From Eledone cirrhosa (taxonomy: Eukaryota), in contig OZ024749.1 of NCBI GenBank assembly GCA_964016885.1, forward strand, positions 35,340,001 through 35,404,000: DNA of 64,000 nt, read 5' to 3'. Position numbers and translations under genes: made by a program. Positions 53,714-64,000 of this stretch are shown here, piece by piece. How positions within the stretch are numbered: position 1 is the stretch's first letter; each line of letters starts with the position of its first letter. The notes beneath the pieces are model-generated. The model had not been told where the DNA came from and did not search any database. It saw only the letters and a program-made list of their open reading frames with translations.

Positions 53714-54997
53714 TAATGGTATAGTGAAGGGGCAGGGGTAGGTAAATGATCTAATGGTATAGTGAAGGGGTAGGGTAGGTAAATGATCTAATGGTATAGT
53801 GAAGAGGCAGGGGTAGGTAAATGATCTAATGGTATAGTGAAGGGGCAGGGTAGATAAATGATCTAATGGTATAGTGAAGGGCAGGGGTAGGTAAATGATC
53901 TAATGTTATAGTGAAGGGGCAGGGGTAGGTAAATGATCTAATGGTATAGTGAAGGGGTAGGGTAGGTAAATGATCTAATGGTATAGTGAAGGTGCAGGGT
54001 AGGTAAATGATCTAATGGTATAGTGAAGGGGCAGGGGTAGGTAGGTAAATGATCTAATGGTATAGTGAAGGGGCAGGGGTAGGTAAATTATCTAATGGTA
54101 TAGTGAAGGGGTAGGGTAGGTAAATGATCTAATGGTATAGTGAAGGGGCAGGGTAGGTAAATGATCTAATGGTATAGTGAAGGGGCAGGGGTAGGTAAAT
54201 GATCTAATGGTATAGTGAAGGGCAGGGGTAGGTAAATGATCTAATGGTATAGTGAAGGGGCAAGGGTAGGTAAATGATCTAATGGTATAGTGAAGGGGCA
54301 GGGTAGGTAAATGATCTAATGGTATAGTGAAGGGGCAAGGGTAGGTAAATGATCTAATGGTATAGTGAAGGGGCAAGGGTAGGTAAATGATCTAATGGTA
54401 TAGTGAAGGGGCAGGGTAGGTAAATGATCTAATGGTATAGTGAAGGGGCAAGGGTAGGTAAATGATCTAATGGTATAGTGAAGGGGCAGGGTAGGTAAAT
54501 GATCTAATGGTATAGTGAAGGGGCAAGGGTAGGTAAATGATCTAATGGTATAGTGAAGGGGCAAGGGTAGGTAAATGATCTAATGGTATAGTGAAGGGCA
54601 GGGGTAGGTAAATGATCTAATGGTATAGTGAAGGGGCAAGGGTAGGTAAATGATCTAATGGTATAGTGAAGGGGCAGGGGTAGGTAAATGATCTAATGGT
54701 ATAGTGAAGGGGCAGGGGTAGGTAAATGATCTAATGGTATAGTAAAGGGGCAGGGGTAGGTACATGATCTAATGGTATAGTGAAGGGGCAGGGGTAGGTA
54801 AATGATCTAATGGTATAGTAAAGGGGCAGGGGTAGGTAAATGATCTAATGGTATAGTGAAGGGGCAGGGGTAGGTAAATGATCTAATGGTATAGTAAAGG
54901 GGCAGGGGTAGGTAAATGATCTAATGGTATAGTGAAGGGGCAGGGGTAGGTAAATGATCTAATGGTATAGTGAAGGGGAAGGGGTAGGTAAATGATC
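53714..54997. repeat. 37-38-bp G-rich minisatellite (~34 copies)
   Basis: Unit TAATGGTATAGTGAAGGGGCAGGGGTAGGTAAATGATC. Confidence 0.97.
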
Positions 54998-55109
54998 ATA
55001 AGATTATGATTGATAGAAGTCAAGCTAAAATCAGGTGAAAAATCCTTTCTAGAGAAATTGATGGTAGTCAAAGATTGGTGTTGGGTAGACCAGGGTAGGA
55101 GGGTGTAGG

Positions 55110-55650
55110 GAGGGGTGTTTATAGTGCGTAGAATGAGGTATGGAATAAAAGGGGCTGGAACATGACATGGGTGTGTAGTGAGGGGTGTTTACAGTGTGTA
55201 GAATGTGGTATAAAATAAAGGGGAGGTATAGTGAGAGGTGTTTACAGTGTGTAGAATGTGGTATAAAATAAAGGGGAGGTATAGTGAGGGGTGTTTACAG
55301 TGTGTAGAATGTGGTATAAAATAAAGGGGAGGTATAGTGAGGGGTGTTTACAGTGTGTAGAATGTGGTATAAAATAAAAGGGAGGTATAGTGAGAGGTGT
55401 TTACAGTGTGTAGAATGTGGTATAAAATAAAAGGGAGGTTTAGTGAGGGGTGTTTACAGTGTGTAGAATGTGGTATAAAATAAAGGAGAGGTTTAGTGAG
55501 GGGTGTTTACAGTGTGGAGAATGTGGTATAAAATAAAGGAGAGGTATAGTGAGCGGTGTTTACAGTGTGGAGAATGTGGTATACAATAAAAGGGGAGGTG
55601 TAGTGAGGGGTGTTTACAGTGTGTAGAATGTGGTATAAAATAAAAGGGGT
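55110..55650. repeat. 53-bp minisatellite (~9 copies)
   Basis: Unit GTGAGGGGTGTTTACAGTGTGTAGAATGTGGTATAAAATAAAGGGGAGGTATA. Confidence 0.95.
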
Positions 55651-55977
55651 GGGACATGGCAGGAGGCTGAAAAAAATAATATCTGATAGAGGGATTTCAC
55701 TGATAAATTCTGGAATAACTTGTTGATAATTCTTAGACTCTCAGGATATGATTTTGGTTTCCAAAATCTAATAATTCTTGAGTTGATCACACACACATGC
55801 ATACACATGCACATACACACGTGCACATACACACATGCACAGACACACACGCACACACACACATACACACACACACACATATTTCAGAATATGGCTGGCT
55901 GATTAAGGTTCTGATTAAAAATGGTTTCTATGGAGAGAGGTAGTTAGTTACCTTGGAAACCATGTAGATTTAGTATA

Positions 55978-56224
55978 TTAACCTTTTGATAGCAATTCAG
56001 CCAAAACCAGCTCAGGTTTTATGAAACAAAGCTACACATTTTAAAGGATCCATATTAATCTCTTTAAAATCTTCCAAAATAATTTTACTTTATTTTACGT
56101 TACTATGTTAAGGTACTATCTTAACAACGAAATAATTAATAATTTAAGTAAATCCCTCAAAATTCTTTATCAATTTATTTAACCAGAGTGCATTTGATTA
56201 GAAACATGATAACGAAAGGGTTAA
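55978..56224. mobile_element. MITE family A copy whose right end seeds the 112-bp array
   Basis: TTAACCTTTTGATAGC ... GAAACATGATAACGAAAGGGTTAA. Confidence 0.75.
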
Positions 56225-57840
56225 AGGGGGAAGTAGTTATTATGTAGTATAACCCAGGGGGCAGGGTAGAAGAATTCTTTATCAATTTATTTAACCAGAG
56301 TGCATTTGATTAGAAACATGATAACGAAAGGGTTAAAGAGGGAAGTAGTTATTATGTAGTATAACCCAGGGGGCAGGGTAGAAGAATTCTTTATCAATTT
56401 ATTTAACCAGAGTGCATTTGATTAGAAACATGATAACGAAAGGGTTAAAGGGGGAAGTAGTTATTATGTAGTATAACCCAGGGGGCAGGGTAGAAGAATT
56501 CTTTATCAATTTATTTAACCAGAGTGCATTTGATTAGAAACATGATAACGAAAGGGTTAAAGAGGGAAGTGGTTATTATGTAGTATAACCCAGGCGGCAG
56601 GGTAGAAGAATTCTTTATCAATTTATTTAACCAGAGTGCATTTGATTAGAAACATGATAACGAAAGGGTTAAAGAGGGAAGTGGTTATTATGTAGTATAA
56701 CCCAGGCGGCAGGGTAGAAGAATTCTTTATCAATTTATTTAACCAGAGTGCATTTGATTAGAAACATGATAACGAAAGGGTTAAAGAGGGAAGTAGTTAT
56801 TATGTAGTATAACCCAGGGGGCAGGGTAGAAGAATTCTTTATCAATTTATTTAACCAGAGTGCATTTGATTAGAAACATGATAACGAAAGGGTTAAAGGG
56901 GGAAGTAGTTATTATGTAGTATAACCCAGGGGGCAGGGTAGAAGAATTCTTTATCAATTTATTTAACCAGAGTGCATTTGATTAGAAACATGATAACGAA
57001 AGGGTTAAAGGGGGAAGTAGTTATTATGTAGTATAACCCAGGGGGCAGGGTAGAAGAATTCTTTATCAATTTATTTAACCAGAGTGCATTTGATTAGAAA
57101 CATGATAACGAAAGGGTTAAAGAGGGAAGTGGTTATTATGTAGTATAACCCAGGCGGCAGGGTAGAAGAATTCTTTATCAATTTATTTAACCAGAGTGCA
57201 TTTGATTAGAAACATGATAACGAAAGGGTTAAAGAGGGAAGTGGTTATTATGTAGTATAACCCAGGCGGCAGGGTAGAAGAATTCTTTATCAATTTATTT
57301 AACCAGAGTGCATTTGATTAGAAACATGATAACGAAAGGGTTAAAGAGGGAAGTAGTTATTATGTAGTATAACCCAGGGGGCAGGGTAGAAGAATTCTTT
57401 ATCAATTTATTTAACCAGAGTGCATTTGATTAGAAACATGATAACGAAAGGGTTAAAGGGGGAAGTAGTTATTATGTAGTATAACCCAGGGGGCAGGGTA
57501 GAAGAATTCTTTATCAATTTATTTAACCAGAGTGCATTTGATTAGAAACATGATAACGAAAGGGTTAAAGAGGGAAGTGGTTATTATGTAGTATAACCCA
57601 GGCGGCAGGGTAGAAGAATTCTTTATCAATTTATTTAACCAGAGTGCATTTGATTAGAAACATGATAACGAAAGGGTTAAAGAGGGAAGTGGTTATTATG
57701 TAGTATAACCCAGGCGGCAGGGTAGAAGAATTCTTTATCAATTTATTTAACCAGAGTGCATTTGATTAGAAACATGATAACGAAAGGGTTAAAGAGGGAA
57801 GTAGTTATTATGTAGTATAACCCAGGGGGCAGGGTAGAAG
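56161..57840. repeat. 112-bp tandem array, 15 copies
   Basis: AATTCTTTATC at 56161, 56273 ... 57729; only three variable positions noticed. Confidence 0.97.
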
Positions 57841-58493
57841 AGGTGAGACAGGAGGATGTAGAGTGGTGTGTAAAATACCGGGGAGTAGGGGAGATGGTGC
57901 ACGAGGGTGAGAGTAAAGTAGTTATTAGATTGATCAAATAGTAAAAAAAATTTATAATGTTGGATCACTTTATTGGCAATGTGTTCTGTTAAGGGGAGGG
58001 GGAGAATATGTGTGTGTGTGTGTATGTGTGTGTGTGTGTGTGTGACTGTGTTGGCATCTCTTTTAAATTACAAAAGCTAGCAATCTTTGTATTACTGACT
58101 TTCCCTCTCACAGCCAATGGAGGTTAGGGTTCACATTGATGAGGAGAGGGGAATGACAGAAGGGGAATATCATTGAGACGTGAAAACAAATAAAAAAGTA
58201 ATGAAAATATGACAGATTATAACAGAACCTTATGTATATTGATGTTGATGATGATGATTATGGTCACAATTATGATGACGATGAGGATGATGGTGATTAT
58301 AGTGATGATGATGATGATGGTAGTAATGATGATAATGGTGGTGACGGTGGTGATCATGATTACAGTGGTGGTGATGATGGTTATAGAGATAGAGACAATA
58401 ATGAAGATGTTGATGATGATGATAGTCTTTTTAAAAAAAAAAGAGAAGGTAAAAAAAAAAAGACCTGAATTTTGCAGAGAGCAAATCTTATAT

Positions 58494-58572
<79 letters not shown>

Positions 58573-58694
58573 AATATAAATGCAAAACCTGGCATATAAT
58601 GAAGATTGTTAGGTAAGTCGTGTGAGTGACAGGGAGATAGAGGCATTTACATATATACACATACCTATGCATACATATATATAGATAAAGATAT

Positions 58695-58759
<65 letters not shown>

Positions 58760-58932
58760 AAGTTACATAAAGCATATATACATATACACATTCATATGTA
58801 CACACACACACACGCATGTGGTATGTTGATATTATGTGTGAAATATTATTCAGATATCCAGTATGCACCATCACTTAAATATCTGTAAGGCGAGATGTAG
58901 AATATTTAAATGACAGGTAACTACACTAAGGC

Positions 58933-58986
<54 letters not shown>

Positions 58987-59051
58987 ATATATATATATAT
59001 ATATATATAGATATATAAATAGATAGAGAGATAAAGAGATATTTGAATGAT

Positions 59052-59545
59052 TGGCAACAAAAGCATTTTCTCTCCAAGCAAAATGTACATTGTATGATGC
59101 CAGTGTGAGAAGTGCGATCTTGCATGCCATTGATATGTGGATTGTGAATATGTAGAGGATATGCGAAGGCTGGAGAGAACTGAATCAAGCATGCATTGAT
59201 AGATGTGTAATGTTAGTGTGCATGAACAACGAAGCATAAGTAAGCTGAAAGAAAAACTGGATATAAGAGGAATCAAAAGTAGTGTGCAAAAGAGAAGACT
59301 GTGCTGGTATGGACATGGGATGTTTATAGATGATGGCTACTGGGTGAGGAAGGGCCAGTGGAGATAAGCTACTGTAGAGGAAGGCTGATGAAAACTTGGG
59401 TAGAAAAGGTGAGAGCTGATCACAAATCACTGTACCTCATAAAAGAGGTGAGAAGGGAATACAATAAGTGGAGGGAGGCTGAGCTGGAGAAGACCTATCC
59501 AACCCCTGTTAGTGTTCAAAAACGGATGTATGCTGATGCTGATAT
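59052..59545 (+). mobile_element. Decayed RTE LINE 3' fragment
   Basis: Homologous by eye to 51420-51870 (LYDA, RRLER, IRGIK, WYGH, GR..KTW) with stops and frameshifts. Confidence 0.85.
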
Positions 59546-59569
59546 ATGCATTTGTGTGTTTTCGTGTCT

Positions 59570-60050
59570 GTGTGGCCTGGTGGGAAGAGTGTTGGACTTG
59601 CATTCATGATATTGAGGGTTCAATTCCTGGATTGGGTTGTGTGTTGTGTTCTTGCACTTTATTTCATTTATGTTGCTTCAGTATACTCAGCTGAAAATGA
59701 GTGCCAGCAATAGCTAGGAGTTTAACCCTGCAATGGACTGGCATCCTGTCCAGGGAGGAGTCTTGTATTCTGAGTCACTTCATGCTATGGAAACTGCACC
59801 ATGCTATGGAGAAGCACCGGCCTGATGAGCCTTCAGACTTGAGACAGACTTTTGATTTAGTTTACATTTACAGTTTATTTATGTCCCGTAACTTAGTGGT
59901 TTGACAAAAAGAGATTGATAAAATAAGTATCAGACTTCAATAAAAAAAAAAAAAAAAAATGAGTACTGGGGTCTATGTGATCCACTAAAGGTGTTGCCCC
60001 AGCTTGTCCACAGTCTAATGACTGGAACCGGTAAAATAATAAAAGAAAAG
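59570..60050 (+). mobile_element. tRNA-SINE with a conserved-type central domain (59570-59860) plus SINE family 3 (59880-60050)
   Basis: TGGCCTGGTGG / GGTTCAATTCC boxes; CCCTGCAATGGACTGGCATCCTGTCCAGGG resembles central domains shared by metazoan SINE superfamilies (exact one not assigned). Confidence 0.7.
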
Positions 60051-60099
60051 AATAGAAATATCAATGAGAAAGGGAGAGGAATATGGAATTGAAATATTA

Positions 60100-60367
60100 T
60101 CGCTTTTGATACCAAACTGCCTGGAACTATTCCTGGATCTACAATACAAAGCTGCATATTTTAAAGTGTTTATATTTATCTAAACAAATTTCCATCATAA
60201 TTTTATGTAAAACCAGTTCTAAGTTATGTTCCAAACATCAGCCTGATAATGAGAAAGTTAGTTATGTTACTAAATCCCTCAAAATTCTTGATAATTTTCA
60301 AAATAATTTGAAATTTTTAGGCAGCAACTTTTATTAGAAATAGGAAATATGGTAACAAAAATGTGAA
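60100..60367. mobile_element. MITE family A copy
   Basis: TTTTGATACCAA...GAAATATGGTAACAAAA. Confidence 0.7.
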
Positions 60368-60416
60368 CAGACAGAACTATTTCATAAAGTCAAGGAAGTT
60401 ACTAAAGTATATGTAA

Positions 60417-60790
60417 CATTATCATTGTTTTATGTCCACTTCCTACACTGGCAGAGGTTGGATAAGTTTTCATGGTTCATAACCAGATGACTTGTAACAA
60501 CCTCATCTTGCTTATATGTTCCATATTTAGCATGTTTCTACAGCTGGATGCCTGCCCTTCTTTAGGTGAGTTTTACTGAGGCAACACCACTATCACTTTA
60601 TAGAGTGCATTGGGTGCATTTTTTGTGGTACCAACACTAACACTTTACAAGTTGTACCAAGTGCCTTTTATCACAGCACCAGCACTAACACTTTATAAGG
60701 TATACCAGGTGCATTTTTCGTGGCACCAGCACTAACATTTTACAGGGTGTACCAGGTACATTTTATCACTACACCAGCACTAGAGAGGTT
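60417..60790 (-). mobile_element. Old SINE family 1 relative (RTE-type tail, 4-5 internal ~50-bp units)
   Basis: TTTCTACAGCTGGATGCC followed by CACTAACACTTTA.AAGGT.TACCAGGTGCATTTTT units. Confidence 0.6.
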
Positions 60791-61595
60791 GTCTCATGCT
60801 CATATACAATGAAGAGTCCTCTCATACCTACATTGTTTCCAATAACATTGAATAAAATATAATTTATTTGATATTGATCACCAGAGAGTGAGCTAACATG
60901 CAATTGATTGATTTAAAAAAAATATATATATGAGGCAATAAGCTATCAAATTAAACATTAAGACCATTTAAAATAAATGGTCAGACAGTCATCTGATTGA
61001 TCTATTATGATTGATCAGCTAGAATATTATTGATTCTGTAGTAACAGGTTGGTGTGTTTTTATTGTATCTAAAAAGTCAATGCTATGATATAAAGTAACA
61101 TTAATATACTATTTGTATTAACTGGCTGTACATGCAACCCCCTACCATACACAGAAGGTGGAATGGCTCTTACAGCGCGTCCCTCTCACAATCCTCTGGG
61201 GGAAATGCCTTCTCTATTCTGTCAGCTGGAGCCATGGGGTGGCCAGTCCGCAGGGACCGCAGGGCAGCCAGCACGTGGCCCCCACTTTACTCACAGTAGT
61301 GAGAGATGGAGAGAGAGCGGGAGAGACGGAGGCAGTGACAGTGGGGATTTGGTCCTTTTATGTTTGGACCTGGTATATATATGTGTATATAAGAAGGAAT
61401 AAGTCTAAAATTTAGTATCAGACTTGAAAAACCAAGTACCTGGGTCGATATGACCAACGTGGTCACTGTCTAGAGACAGTTTAAGTTAGTTGACATGTTA
61501 ATATCTATGTGAAATATAGAAAACTTTAATATATAAAAGTATCATGTTCACACAGTGGCTCATACAGTGGTTCTTTTAGCATTGAACTATGAGAA

Positions 61596-63095
61596 ATTGT
61601 GTGGCTTAGTGGTTAGTTAGTTGTGAGTTCGATTCCTGGACTGGGTAGCATGTTATGTCCTTAAACATGTCACTTTATTTCACATTGTGTGGCTTAGTGG
61701 TTAGATAGTTGTGAGTTCGATTCCTGGACTGGGTAGCATGTTATGTCCTTAAACATGTCACTTTATTTCACATTGTGTGGCTTAGTGGTTAGTTAGTTGT
61801 GAGTTTGATTCCTGGACTGGGTAGCATGTTATGTCCTTAAACATGTCACTTTATTTCACATTGTGTGGCTTAGTGGTTAGTTAGTTGTGAGTTCGATTCC
61901 TGGACTGGGTAGCATGTTATGTCCTTAAACATGTCACTTTATTTCACATTGTGTGGCTTAGTGGTTAGTTAGTTGTGAGTTCGATTCCTGGACTGGGTAG
62001 CATGTTATGTCCTTAAACATGTCACTTTATTTCACATTGTGTGGCTTAGTGGTTAGTTAGTTGTGAGTTCGATTCCTGGACTGGGTAGCATGTTATGTCC
62101 TTAAACATGTCACTTTATTTCACATTGTGTGGCTTAGTGGTTAGTTAGTTGTGAGTTCGATTCCTGGACTGGGTAGCATGTTATGTCCTTAAACATGTCA
62201 CTTTATTTCACATTGTGTGGCTTAGTGGTTAGTTAGTTGTGAGTTCGATTCCTGGACTGGGTAGCATGTTATGTCCTTAAACATGTCACTTTATTTCACA
62301 TTGTGTGGCTTAGTGGTTAGTTAGTTGTGAGTTCGATTCCTGGACTGGGTAGCATGTTATGTCCTTAAACATGTCACTTTATTTCACATTGTGTGGCTTA
62401 GTGGTTAGTTAGTTGTGAGTTCGATTCCTGGACTGGGTAGCATGTTATGTCCTTAAACATGTCACTTTATTTCACATTGTGTGGCTTAGTGGTTAGATAG
62501 TTGTGAGTTCGATTCCTGGACTGGGTAGCATGTTATGTCCTTAAACATGTCACTTTATTTCACATTGTGTGGCTTAGTGGTTAGTTAGTTGTGAGTTCGA
62601 TTCCTGGGCTGGGTAGCATGTTATGTCCTTAAACATGTCACTTTATTTCACATTGTGTGGCTTAGTGGTTAGTTAGTTGTGAGTTCGATTCCTGGACTGG
62701 GTAGCATGTTATGTCCTTAAACATGTCACTTTATTTCACATTGTGTGGCTTAGTGGTTAGTTAGTTGTGAGTTCGATTCCTGGACTGGGTAGCATGTTAT
62801 GTCCTTAAACATGTCACTTTATTTCACATTGTGTGGCTTAGTGGTTAGTTAGTTGTGAGTTTGATTCCTGGACTGGGTAGCATGTTATGTCCTTAAACAT
62901 GTCACTTTATTTCACATTGTGTGGCTTAGTGGTTAGTTAGTTGTGAGTTTGATTCCTGGACTGGGTAGCATGTTATGTCCTTAAACATGTCACTTTATTT
63001 CACATTGTGTGGCTTAGTGGTTAGTTAGTTGTGAGTTCGATTCCTGGACTGGGTAGCATGTTATGTCCTTAAACATGTCACTTTATTTCACATTG
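61596..63095 (+). repeat. 88-bp tandem array, 17 copies of a tRNA-SINE head (A box + B box)
   Basis: ATTGTGTGGCTTAGTGG at 61596, 61684 ... 63004; GTTCGATTCC in 14 units and GTTTGATTCC in 3. Confidence 0.97.
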
Positions 63096-63250
63096 CTCCA
63101 GCCATCTCAGCTGGCAAAAAATGAGTTGTACCTGTAATTCAAAGATCCAGCTTTGTTACAGACTATGGCGTACTGATTCACCTTGTTTGTTATTTCACAG
63201 GCAAGCTGTGCTGTTGCTCAAATCAACTGGAACACTTGAAACTGACAGAG
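63096..63250 (+). mobile_element. Single SINE family 4 body continuing from the last array unit
   Basis: CTCCAGCCATCTCAGCTGGCAAAAAATGAGTTGTACCTGTAATTCAAAG matches 38000-38055 and 38160. Confidence 0.85.
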
Positions 63251-63614
63251 GTTCAATATACACCCACATACTGACACCCACAGCTATACACACACATACA
63301 TAGCCACACAACCTCCACACATATACATATGTAGCCAGTCACAGCTATACACACACACACACCGCCACACACACACACATAACACAGCCCCCCCCCCTCC
63401 CATCTACATACACAGTCTCCGCCCATATACACATTCAGCCACACATACACTCACACACATACAGCCTCCCACACATATACAGACCCCACCCAACATGCAA
63501 CCCCCTTTCACCCACATACACAGCTCTCTACCCCCCCAACCCACACACATTGCCTGCCATGCATATACACAGACCCCCACCAACATGCACACCCCTTCAC
63601 CCACATACACATCT

Positions 63615-63649
<35 letters not shown>

Positions 63650-64000
63650 TTGCCTGCCATGCATATACACAGACCCCACCAACATGCACACCCCTTCACC
63701 CACATACACAGCTCTCTACCCCCCCCCCACACACACATAACAACACACAGCTTCCCACCCATACACAGCTCTCTCTCCACACACACAGAACCACAGAAAT
63801 ATTTTTACAAAATGCCCTTCACTTCATTAAGCACTAGCACTGATGAGATTATAGTATCCCTAGTTCTCTTGCCTTACCTAAATGAACAAGCTAAACTGTT
63901 CTTTTATACTTCAGGTTCTCAGTTTGGCACCAAATAATCAACTCCCGCTGGATAATGTTATTTTACCAGAATTTTCTGGTTGGATTATAATCTAAAATCA

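Noticed and set aside
55614-55902. Open frames across the duplicated segment (INSRIIRFWKPKSYPES...)
   Set aside because: Differences from the 3964 copy are mostly non-synonymous in the open frames; no start or acceptor
59815-59850. CTGATGAG as a hammerhead core (also 43878, 63840, 18646, 49681, 1672)
   Set aside because: No stem II followed by GAAA and no closing stem I
61235-61285. HDV-like ribozyme (GGGGGCC start on the minus strand)
   Set aside because: P1 needs a bulge, L3 does not fit, and I could not build P2, P4 or the catalytic C
56161-63095. Regular arrays as CRISPR-like loci
   Set aside because: Units are contiguous with no unique spacers; eukaryotic TE-derived context and no cas genes
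61596-63095. tRNA gene cluster
   Set aside because: A/B boxes are present, but there is no anticodon arm, the T-stem does not pair and there is no terminator; it continues into a SINE body

Overview
AT-rich eukaryotic, repeat-dominated window with no recognisable host protein-coding gene. The SINE, RTE and microsatellite landscape looks like a coleoid cephalopod (Octopus-like) genome; this is an inference from remembered repeat motifs, not from a search. Nearly all listed ORFs are artefacts of microsatellites or SINEs. The one real long CDS is a 5'-truncated but stop-free RTE-clade LINE ORF (reverse transcriptase plus a C4HC3 PHD-like finger, 50177-51895). The rest is several tRNA-derived SINE families (one shares its 3' tail with an RTE copy in the window), TTAA/piggyBac-type MITEs (often nested), Tc1/mariner and Tigger remnants, an RTE-X fragment and many locally born tandem arrays. 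Signals most worth follow-up: a canonical minimal type I hammerhead ribozyme at 36867-36968 (-) and a degenerate one at ~12850 (+); a homogeneous 17 x 88 bp array built only from a SINE Pol III promoter head (61596-63095); a 15 x 112 bp array of a MITE-end/flank junction with incipient higher-order structure; a 52-kb-distant inverted duplication; long hairpins; and a few exon-like segments suggesting spliced non-coding or small-ORF transcripts. I cannot demonstrate a wholly new biological system from the sequence alone.
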